DNA of 51,569 nt, taken from positions 1-51,569 of the forward strand of contig NW_021834190.1 in NCBI RefSeq assembly GCF_006345805.1. The letters run 5' to 3'. The position numbers and the translations under genes are program-made. The DNA comes from Octopus sinensis. Lineage: Eukaryota. This document shows positions 13,361-23,794 of this stretch, piece by piece. Below the pieces are notes generated by a model. That model had not been told where the DNA came from, made no database searches, and saw only the letters and a list, made by a program, of their open reading frames with translations. Within the stretch, counting starts at the first letter, position 1. Each line of letters begins with the position of its first letter.

Positions 13361-13502
13361 ATGTAATCCATGTATGCATATACACACACAGATGTATACT
13401 TGTGCATGAATTCCCACATAAACTTTCCCTTTATTTCTAATTTTTATTCTTATCTTATTTATTCTATATTCATTATTTCTGCTGCCTTATTTCATTTTAT
13501 TA

Positions 13503-14660
13503 CCAGCTGAAATACCTACTGTTGCCCAGGTTAAAGAAAATAATGAAATTTAAAAATACCTTTTAGATCTCTAACATGAAACATAGACTACACTGGTCTT
13601 ACCTCCTAGTAGCTGAGATACCAACTTTATACATTAACAGCCTGCCGTTTCCCAGGTTATTGGAAATAATGAAATTTAAATATGCCTTTTAAATCTCTAA
13701 CTAAAGTGAAACCTGGATTATGCAGTTCTCAACAGTAATTAGCTGAGGTACAAACTATTAATGTCAATGACATGTTTTATCCAATGTTTTCACTGTTAGA
13801 ACTGTTAAAGACCAGGTAGTTCTTTGTCTTTGCAATCACCTTCAATTATCAGTACTTATTTGAAATGCATTGAAATGCATTGAACCTTAAAGTGCATAAA
13901 TTTGAGAAGAACCAGTCTGCAGGCACTCTCCTCCTGTTAATAAGTACATTTAATAAAAATTCTATGTGATGATGTGAGTATAAACAAATGTATTGAAACA
14001 AATCCAGCAATCAGTCACAGTTTAATTATCTAGATCTTCTAAATATATGATGTTTAGAGTGTGTCCTGTAATTGGTGTATAAATGAAAAGATTTGGAGGA
14101 CTTCCAACCTGCGAACATCCTACATATAATTGCCCATGCGAGAAGCAAGGTGAAGTTCAACAAGAGAGACTGTCCTTATTTATTAACATAGTGAAACTTA
14201 GTTTCACTGGGAGCTGAAACCATTTAAATTCAAAGGGGATGTCATGTGGGATTAACAGGATCTGTGGAATGAAGACATCCTCAGTCTTATAGTTCTTAGT
14301 CATAATTATTGCTTCTGAGACATGGAGTCACATCACTTTCACCACCAGTCTGGTGCCATTGCACAGACGAGGTGATTCCAGATTCCTGAGCAGCATGATT
14401 GGGGCCTCCTTTTTAAGTGTTAAGTGATGAGGTAGCATCCCAGATGGCTGTAGAGAGTTCAAGAACTTAGTTTGAAAGACTAACAGCTACAAGAGATCCC
14501 AGTCGATTTTGTTAATAGCATCATTACATGGTACTAAGATGGCTCGCTCACAGAGCCATTGACTGTTGCTAAAGTTTTGTGCAGTGTTTGGGAGCACATG
14601 CATTATGAGATCATTGACAGTTGGTACCATCTCACCACAGGCTTTCTGCCCCTCCCCACC
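13503..14660 (-). mobile_element. Second Helitron remnant (helicase C-terminus plus 3' end)
   Basis: My minus-strand translation of 14065-14650 gives WLCERAILVP, KFLNSLQPSG, PIMLLRNL, LCNGTRL, FQLPVKLSFTMLINK and SHGQLYVGCS. Terminal hairpin-like CCTGGGCAACAGTAGG and CTGG|T at about 13503-13530. Confidence 0.85.
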
Positions 14661-15137
14661 AACTTTGGATGATGATAACTTTCAGAAAAATGGATAGTTT
14701 TTAATGAAATTTTTTAATGAATATGTGTTATATCATGTAGATTCCCAACATACAAAGTTTGGGGGGAAAAGTATTTTAGCAGGGGTTGGAGGAGGACTTT
14801 CGAAAAATTCACCGGAATCCACTTGAATTTGTCTTAACTTTAAGAAAATGGATATTCTTTAATACAAATATACCTTGAAGTATGTAGATTCCATCCATAT
14901 AGGATTTGGGAGGAAAACAATTGGAGATTCTTTTTGTGAACTATTCCCCACTGGGGGATGTTTCAGAACAAGTTATCCATATTTGTTTCTGTTTCTCCGT
15001 TTTGTGCGTTTGTGCACCTGTATATAACCCTTAACCCTGTATATAACCCTTAACCCTAGTTGTAAAATTTCAAGAAAAAAATTGAAAAGTTAAGGAGTGG
15101 ATGAATTAAAAAGTCTAAAAGTAGATTTTTTGCATAT

Positions 15138-15144
<7 letters not shown>

Positions 15145-15198
<54 letters not shown>

Positions 15199-15308
15199 TA
15201 AGTATATATCTTACACAAATAGAAAGCCAGAGAAGAAAATATAAAATGTAAGTGAATTTAGAATTTGTTTTTTATCTGAAATCGTCACAACTGTAATGAT
15301 GTATGCCT

Positions 15309-15374
<66 letters not shown>
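15145..15374. repeat. (CA)n and (GT)n microsatellites
   Basis: Direct reading: 15145-15195 and 15313-15374. Confidence 0.95.
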
Positions 15375-15378
<4 letters not shown>

Positions 15379-15945
15379 AGCTGTTTACTTAGTTACTATG
15401 TTGACATTGACAATACAATTAAGTGAAAGTGTTAATTAGCTGATTTGCATCAAGAATAATCACATGGGATTTAAATGTGAAATATCAAGTCTTAATAAAG
15501 CCACTTGTTCCCAAAATGGACAAAATATGTTTTGGAAAATTAATGTAACCTCATTTAATTAACCTCATTTAATTAAGTTAAAAAATGGTGTCTATCTCCG
15601 TATGAAATTATTTTTCTGACATGAAAGTACCTTTAGAAATTCTTTTTGTCAGAATCATCACAACTGTAATGATGTATACATACATGTGTGTGTAGATATC
15701 TGGTTAGGACATCAAAGACTGGAAGTTCAAGCACAGGAAGTTGAGAAAACGATTTGAACACGTGAATCTTTTCTATAGAGCAATATTATTCATTTTAAAA
15801 AATTAAAAATAAATCAAGGTTGCATTATTCTTTCCAAGGTCAAATTATTCATGTACCCCAAGTATGGTACAAATTGATTCAGAACTTTGAGAATGCATTG
15901 AGGACACACACACACAGGGCATTTTTTTTATATTAAGATATTATA

Positions 15946-16310
15946 TGTGTGGTAAGTAGCTTGCTAACCAACCACATGGTTCCGTGGCATCTTGGGCAAG
16001 TGTCTTCTGCTATAGCCTCGGGCCGACCAATGCCTTGTGAGTGGATTTGGTAGATGGAAACTGAAAGAAGCCCGTCGTATATATATATGTGTGTTTGTGT
16101 GTCTGTGTTTGTCCCCCTAGCATTGCTTGACAACCGATGCTGGTGTGTTTACATCCCCATCACTTAGCGGTTCGGCAAAAGAGACCGATAGAATAAGTAC
16201 TGGGCTTACAAAAGAATAAGTTCCGGGGTCGATTTGCTCGACTAAAGGCGGTGCTCCAGCATGGCCGCAGTCAAATGACTGAAACAAGTAAAAGAGTAAA
16301 GAGTAAGAGT
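15946..16310 (+). mobile_element. SINE (second family) with (AAGAGTA)n-type tail
   Basis: Homologous to 50318-50640. Central TTGGGCAAGTGTCTTCTGCTATAGCC, internal TA/TG microsatellite, and 3' GGCGGTGCTCCAGCATGGCC...GAAACAAGTAAAAGAGTAA. Confidence 0.8.
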
Positions 16311-16639
16311 ATTTTAATCACCTACTTTTACTCTTATATAATTTAATTGATTATTATCATTATTATTAAATTTAAATATAAATATGAATATTAAACAAGA
16401 GCACAAATCTCCACCAAGGCAACACTAACGTCCTCTCAATGATTAACTGGAGAGGATTTTTAAAATGAGAATATCTGAAATAAACTCAACTGCTCTCACA
16501 AATGAGAATACTAAAAATGAACCTGACTTCTCTCAAAAATTAAGTAAAAAACACGGAAAATTAATCCAGATCCCTTATCCATTACCTGATCAATCCCAAT
16601 GGTAGTCATGGAATGTGACGGTGGGTGTGTGGGGCCATA

Positions 16640-16900
16640 TTTGTAATGCTGCATGTGTGTCGTCTGCAGTGGGAACAGGAACAGTTTTCTCTAGGAAAGC
16701 CTTTTTTAGTCTATCCATTAATATAGTGTCTTAATGACCATTAAGGTCTATAGTGAAAAATTTATCCATGCGTGAAAGAAAACGGAAAGGACCTGCATAC
16801 GGTCCTGTTAACGTAGATTTAACAACATTGTTGCGCACAAAAATGTGAGTTCAAGAAGTAACGCTTCCTTCAAGGCAGGGCTAGAAATGCAATTGTCAAG
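16640..16900 (-). mobile_element. Ty3/Gypsy integrase C-terminal (GPY/F) remnant
   Basis: Minus-strand translation THIFVRNNVVKSTLTGPYAGPFRFLSRMDKFFTIDLNGH*DTILMDRLKKAFLE matches the Gypsy pattern THVFVR...PY.GP...F.I...G...DRLK.A. Confidence 0.65.
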
Positions 16901-17369
16901 TAGGTAAGAGGTTTTGAACAGGAGCTATATGTTCAAAATTGGTAAAACTAAAAATTATCAAGGATAAATTAAATTTATTATTGTTACTAAATATTTTAGT
17001 GTTATTTAATTTCTGAGCAGTTTTGCTGCCATTTGTTTATGTTGTTTGATTTCTTTGTCCATCAGTTTCTACTAAGATAGAGATGCGTGTAAAATTAATA
17101 ACAGAGAAACAAAATAAAACTCTGGAAGCAACAACACTGTCATAACTTATGTGGAAACCATGAGTGTGCTTTCAAGGGAGATAATCAGAGAAAGACTTAA
17201 AATTCAACATAAGATCATAATACTTAAGTAAATATAACAAATAATCTAGAATCCTTGTCCAGTACCAGATTGATCCCAAAATCTAATCAGTTTATGCCAG
17301 TCATGAGGCCAAACATCCCTGAAAGTTTCATCTGAATCCATCTGGTTGTTCTTGAGATATCTTGTCCAC

Positions 17370-19127
17370 CAGCTTTGATTTTAGTTTCACTCATGCTAGA
17401 AACAAATTTTTCACTGAGATATTTGAATCCTTCACGGTCTACATTCATGACCGTAACAAAATTCTTAAACAAGCCAAATTTAATGTGTAAGGGATGAAGG
17501 AAAATTTTTCTGAAGGTCAACTAAAGGGATATATTTAATGTTGTATCTCCCTGGAGTGAATTCACTTCACTTTGGCCACTGTTTTTGATTATAGTGATGC
17601 TTGTCATCTCTGCTGTTCTAAAGGCACAAAAAGCACTAATGCTTTACATACCCCATTTGCAACCCAAGAAGCAAACCAATAACTTTCAAGTCCCTGCATA
17701 TATTCCACTTGTGCTCAGAATATTTAATCAAGTGCAAAATTTTATCCATTCATTCATAAGTTTCCTTTTATCCTACATACAATGAATTCATGCAATTCTG
17801 TCTGCCATTTTTGAAAGTATGAGCATTTTACACCATGGTGTAAAAGATTCCATTGTTTCAACCTGGAGCCCAGTAGTTCTGACTTTTCTTTTATTAAACC
17901 CAAGTCTCTAACTAAATCATTTAACTCAAGTTGACTCAATAAATAAGGAACTTTTTTCGAAGATCCTGGTTTATCATTGTGATCTGCGGTATCACTTGAC
18001 ATGCCTTCAATTGAAGTAGATGCAGTATTTTCTTCATTTAAACTATCTTTATCAAAAGATGAAGGAGGTTCTGGAATTGGAATATTTTCAGCAGCATGAG
18101 AAACTGGTTTTAAAGCGGAAGAGCAATCTGGATAAACAAATCTTGGATTTGTTCTTCTTAGAGAAACCTGTGATATTAGTTAAGCAGAAATAACAATTGG
18201 TATAGTCGTTTGTTGGTTTGCGCATACTTTTCCGTTTATCTTTCAACCATTGGGTTAGAGCTGTGTAGCAGCTTTTGCAACAAAGAGGAGGTGCCCACAG
18301 TTTATCTTGGTCCCCAACTCTCCACCCAAAGTAAAGCTTGTAAGCATTTTTAAATTTCGTTGTAAGCTTATTTCTCTGATCTTTTGATGTAAATTTTCCA
18401 CACACGTAACAAAAGCTGTCCACATGATTAGCACAAACTTGTCTCCTCATCATAAATATATACAGAAATAACCTAAATCAACACTCAATGAAGACTATCA
18501 GTAAACTAAGATATAAAATAAATCAAATGTAAATGTTACTGTAAAACATCAAAATATATTTCTCAAAAAAATCATTGAAATTATTATAGAATGTGCTGAA
18601 ACTATGGCTATCATGAAACAATTTTTTCCATCTCTAAATTTCAAGCATTGATCACTTTAATAAATAACTAAACTTTCTACTAAACTGCTTTTCATGTAAC
18701 CTGGCTCTCTTATTTGATATACTTTGTTTTAACAGCACTAGCAGTTATCAAGGAAAGGGTGTCTGAGTGGCTTTCTATAACCTAATATCGATAGCCTTCT
18801 GTGAGGAGAACTTTACTATAATTACAGCAATAACAAAGTAAAATAAATTCTCATCTTGTGTGACAATTTAACAGGTAGCCTACATTTAACCTCTATTAGC
18901 TCTTATTTTTGTTTCCGTGATGAGTATATGAATGAAAATTGAAAGCAAATAGCCTACTACTTTGTCAATATTATCAATTGGTTGGAAAATCTGATGCTGT
19001 GAATAACTAAAAAAGCTACACTTGCTGTCTGAAAACTGATGTCAGATTCAGATTCAGTACCTTAAAATTACCCTAAATCATCTGAAAAAGTTTAAATAGC
19101 ATGACAATTTTTTTTTTTTGCCCAATG
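17370..19127 (-). mobile_element. Chapaev(3)-like (CMC) DNA transposon remnant, 3'-truncated
   Basis: Cys-rich N-terminus (FCYVCG...YFG...GDQDK.WAP..CC..C, CYFC), ELNDLVRDL...ELLGSRL, LLGLQMGYVKH*CFLCL and HPLHIKFGL...KIKAG. A CATTGGGCAAAA terminus at 19127 reads on the minus strand. Family assignment is from recalled motifs. Confidence 0.65.
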
Positions 19128-19429
19128 ATATTGTTATTAGTAATACTGAATTAAAAAAATGAATGAATATTTTTAACAATGCATGCACACACACTTACAC
19201 ATTGTAAACATAAATATATATTCTGTGTATAAATTGAATATTCCATCAAATCACTATGTAGTCCTTATATGTAACCTGAAGATTTTCACCAAAGGTATTT
19301 AAAATGAAAATTTTATTTATATTTGTATATGTCTTGTAATTTTGACTTCATGAAATGAAACAATTGTAGGTGATGGTATTGATTAATTAATAAATTCATT
19401 TATATTCAATTCATTTCCATTTTCTAATT

Positions 19430-19451
19430 ATCATTATTATTATTATTATTA

Positions 19452-19508
<57 letters not shown>
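19430..19508. repeat. (ATT)n microsatellite
   Basis: Direct reading. Confidence 0.95.
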
Positions 19509-19509
<1 letters not shown>

Positions 19510-19526
19510 ATATATATAAATAAATA

Positions 19527-20145
19527 AGGTATTCAGTGATCTGGATGGTTGTACATACACAATATTTATTAAAGTGTCGAATGTTTTTACAAATCACATA
19601 TCAGCACTTTCATCTACTCTAATAGATTTTTCAGATTTAATTTTGTGAAGGGATTTATCTCTTTTTATAGTATTAGTGAATAGGTTGTGGTGGAGAGGGA
19701 GAGGGGAGAAAGAAGAGTAATGTGGAGGAAAAGAGGGAGACGAATGGGGAGGGAAAAACTGAGAATGTTTGTGCGCAAGCATGCGCACGCTTGTGTGTGT
19801 GTGTGTGTGTTGTGTGTGTGTGTGTGTGGTGTGTGTGTGTGTGCTCCTGTATCTGAAAGGAACCTTTTGAACAAGAGACAAAGAAAAAGAATATATATTT
19901 TTAAGTAGGTGGCTAGGACAGATGCTTACTTTGGTTCAGCCAGCTTACCAGGGGGTCTGAAAGAAAAATGTTTCCAAAGTGAAAAAAATGTGTTTTTTCT
20001 TAGTGTCAATGGAAAAGAGAAGGAAAGAAAGGAAGAAAGAAGAAAAAATGTGTTTATATCTATACAATTGGTCAGTTCTTTCAATAGATGATGACAAGTT
20101 GATTCTTGGTCTGTAAAAATGGCAAGAACAGGTGGTTACTCTAAG
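19527..20145 (+). repeat. Left arm (segment A) of inverted duplication
   Basis: Reverse complement of 22270-22873, including shared CA/TG and purine tracts. Confidence 0.9.
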
Positions 20146-20189
20146 TTTTGTTTTGGGATTTGGTTTGCAAGATTCTTTATATGAGTTCG

Positions 20190-20300
20190 TGCATAACTCT
20201 GGGTGGTTCCTATGTAAAAAAGACTAATAACTGTTCCAAGTTTCGTTGCTCTACTGCTATGGGAAGTGGGTCAGGGGCATTACTTATTGAACGCCCCTCG
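20190..20300 (+). mobile_element. 3' terminal fragment of the mariner family at 32063-33357
   Basis: Near-identical to about 33246-33357, including the TIR ...TTACTTATTGAACGCCCCTCG followed by TA. Confidence 0.9.
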
Positions 20301-20302
20301 TA

Positions 20303-20635
20303 TGTAGGATTAGCTCTGGCATTACCTGTAGAACTCGAAATGTAGTTTACAGCATAAGATGCACAGAAGGTGCTGGTAAAGACATGAACATGACGTACAT
20401 AGGGAAGACATCTAGGAGCATTGCGGAACGACTAAATGAACATCTGAGACAATATGACGACAGAAAACAGTCCTCCATACTCTACCAACATGCCAAAGAC
20501 CACCATGGAGGCAACTTGGGTCAACTTGATACCCGCATCTTATCCAAGCACCCAAAAGACCCAACACTCAGACAAATATGGGAGTACATCCTCATAAATG
20601 AAACTTCCCCAATACTAAATAGGAAATATATATAG
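20303..20635 (+). mobile_element. Penelope-like element GIY-YIG endonuclease fragment
   Basis: In-frame CRISSGITCRTRNVVYSIRC...TYIGKTSRSIAERLNEH...LYQHAKDHH...RQIWEYILINETSPILNRK. Confidence 0.8.
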
Positions 20636-20699
20636 TAGATATCATACCTCCATACCACAGTTTACACAGGTAGAGTAGAATATTTAGTGGACTGTTATG

Positions 20700-21260
20700 T
20701 AGATAGATGTGTGTGTGTATGCACGTGTGTTTTCTTTTTTTTTTTGTATGTAAGCATATGGGTATGAAAATAAACAGTTCAACATACAGATGGATAGGTA
20801 CATAGATTATAAGAACAGACAAGCACATATATACAAATAGAGACTGAAACACATGACCATATATACACACACACTTTGCTCCACACAAGGACACATATGG
20901 AGACACGGGTCCACACATATAGAGATTCATATCCATACATACAAACACAGTACAAATTTGCAAAACGCACACACACACACACAGACATGCACACACAAGG
21001 AGACAGAGGTGCATACATATACAAACGCACACTCACACACACATACATAGAAAATACACAAACACGAACATGCAAGCACATGAATATGCAGAATACATAC
21101 ATACAGATGCACACACACACATACCTACATATATACATATACATACACACACATATATACTTACACACACTTGCATACATGCATACACACATGCATGCAT
21201 GCATAGGCACTCACACACACACACAGACTGACCCACACACATGTGCACAAACAAACAAAA
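20700..21260. repeat. Cryptic CA/TA-rich low-complexity tract
   Basis: Direct reading. This tract is the source of the HT/CV-rich spurious ORFs. Confidence 0.9.
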
Positions 21261-21554
21261 AGGAACTCAGTGTAAATAACAGACAGTCAAGACTATTGAA
21301 AAGGTTGCAAGATGCAACGAAAATTTTAGGAAAATAAAAATAAGAAATAAGTGGAAATTTTACCAGTGAGTGTGTTAAATCATAAGGCACAAAAACAAAA
21401 TGACTCTCCCCAGACACAACAGAATAATGAAAGTTATTTTTCAAAAAATTGTCTGGACTTATCATCATCATCATCATCATTGTCCAGTACCAGATTCCCA
21501 TACTGGTATGGGTTGGAAAATCTATATGCAAGAGTGTTTCTATTTATGTATATT

Positions 21555-21621
<67 letters not shown>

Positions 21622-21680
21622 TGCATATATCTTAGGGTTCCAGATGGGTTTATAAGGAAGTTAATGTGATTTTCATATTT

Positions 21681-22146
21681 TCAGCCATTCAGTTTGTGGG
21701 AGAATTTTGCTATGAAGTGTTGTTCCATATTTTTTTCTGAAGATGGTATCATTCCTTAGGCATTTATAGAAGGGAAAGATCTTGAATCTTCCTTCTCCAC
21801 ATGTTCCTAAGTGGAATTTTTTGTAGCTCTCTCTCTCTCTCTCTCTCTGTTGAATATGTTGTCCGTGAATTCTGGCTCATTGACATAAAGAATTGCCAGC
21901 TTCACCTATATAGTTCTCCTTGCATGTGGGACAGGATATGCAATATATTAAGTTTTGTGTCTTGCAATTCATGTTTGCATTTGCTTTGAATGTGTGTGAC
22001 ATTGAAGCTTGCAAGTTTGGTATTTTCTGGAACAGTATTTGGAATGTGTGTGAGAAAGTCTATATCATCCCTTATGCAGCTTGCTATCACTGGGCATAAA
22101 GCTTTGAGGAGTACATCTATGAAGTGGCTTAGTTGTTGTGTTGGTG
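21681..22146 (-). mobile_element. Penelope-like element with RT N-terminus joined directly to GIY-YIG domain
   Basis: PTQQLSHFIDVLLKALCPVIASCIRDDIDFL...LASFNVT, then in another frame NCKTQNLIYCISCPTCKENYIGE...FKIFPFYKC...EQHFIAKFSHKLNG*. Confidence 0.8.
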
Positions 22147-22580
22147 TGTGTATGTATATACATAAATAGAAACATTCTTGCATCCAGATTTTCCAACCTA
22201 TACCAGCATGGGAATCAAGCATTGGACAATGATGATGATAATAAGTCAAGACAATTTTTTGAAACCCTACTTAGAGTAACCACCTGGTTTTGCCATTTTA
22301 CAGACCAAGAATGAACTTGTCATCATCTATTGAAAGAACTGACCAACTGTATAGATATAAACACATTTTTTCTTCTTTCTTCCTTCCTTCCTTTCTTTCC
22401 TTCTCTTTTCCATTGACACTAAGAAAAAACACATTTTTTTCACTTTGAAAACATTTTCCTTTCAGAAAACCTGGTAAGCTGGCTGAACCAAAGTAAGCAT
22501 CTGTCCCAGCCACCTACTTAAAAATATATATTCTTTTACTTTGTCTCTTGTTCAAAAGGTTCCTTTCAGATACACGAGCG

Positions 22581-22631
<51 letters not shown>

Positions 22632-22873
22632 TTTCTCCCACTGCCTCCCCATTTCTCTCCCTCTTTTCCTACCCTATACACTCCACATTACTCTTCTTCC
22701 CCCCCCCTCTCTACTCATTCCCTAATACCATAAAAAGAGATAAATCCCTTCACAAAATTTAAATCTGAAAAATCTATTAGAGTAGATTAAAGAGCTTATA
22801 TGTGATTTGTAAAAACATTCGACACTTTAATAAATATTTGTATGTGTACAACCATCCAGATCTCTGAAAACCT
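22145..22873 (-). repeat. Right arm (A+B contiguous) of inverted duplication
   Basis: 22270-22873 mirrors 19527-20145, and 22145-22263 mirrors 21440-21563. Confidence 0.9.
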
Positions 22874-23076
22874 TTTTTTTTTCTAACATATATATATATT
22901 TGATTTGAAAACCCCACTGGAATGGGAGAAAGCGCTAATAATCTGAATGATATGATCTGAATGATATGATATATATATGTAAAAAATGTAATATATAAAT
23001 AAATATCTATAAATATGAACCATCCTATCTTCTGATTACCTCATTTCTTCTAATATATATATATATACATATATGC

Positions 23077-23127
<51 letters not shown>

Positions 23128-23794
23128 TATCATTGTCATTTAACTTACGTTTTCCTTGCGGTAGGTTGAACAGTTTGACATGGAACTTGCCAACTGGCCA
23201 AACTCGAGTCGTTTGTTATGGCTTGGTTTGTACAAGTGAATGTCTTTCCTAATGCCAACCACTTAACAGAATGTGTTGGTTGCTTACTATGTGTCATTTG
23301 CACCTGGAAGAACAAGACTATGTATGGAAGACGGCAATTTTAATTTGTATGACACTAAAATTTAAAAAATGCCGAATATTTTCTCAATTACAATCATTGC
23401 CTACTTAAAATAGTTACACAGTTAACATGTCCGAAGGGCTTTTGTCCTATTCTAATTTAAGACTATATTAAGACAGAGAATGATGTAAGGAAATTTGGCT
23501 TCTATTTCATGCAGGTTGAGCCACTGTTTAAAGGCTCCCAAATAGCTTTATGTATAATTCATGTGTAGTTTTTGTTTTATTTAATTGTTGCCAAATACTC
23601 AAAGCTTATTTTTATAGTTTCTCTTGTAAAATTTACTTCAGGAAGCCTTTTGTGCAGAGACTATTGATAGTCCCTACCAGCAATAGATATGTCACATGAA
23701 GAGAGGTTGGTCAACACAAAGAAATTCTCTATCAAAAAGATAATATATCAAAGATAAATGCATCATATTCTGATTATAATTGTGAGAATGAATA

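Noticed and set aside
15020-15060. Interstitial telomeric (TAACCC) repeats
   Set aside because: Only four imperfect units within a 20-bp duplication, which is not enough to infer a telomere relic.
19594-22762. HT-, CV- and poly-His-rich ORFs (also 50090-50467)
   Set aside because: These are translations of CA/TG/CAT microsatellites.
22890-22940. Hammerhead-like GAAA-GCGC-TA with a short upstream stem
   Set aside because: The upstream core reads TTGATTTGA rather than CTGANGA, and stem I is at most 3 bp.
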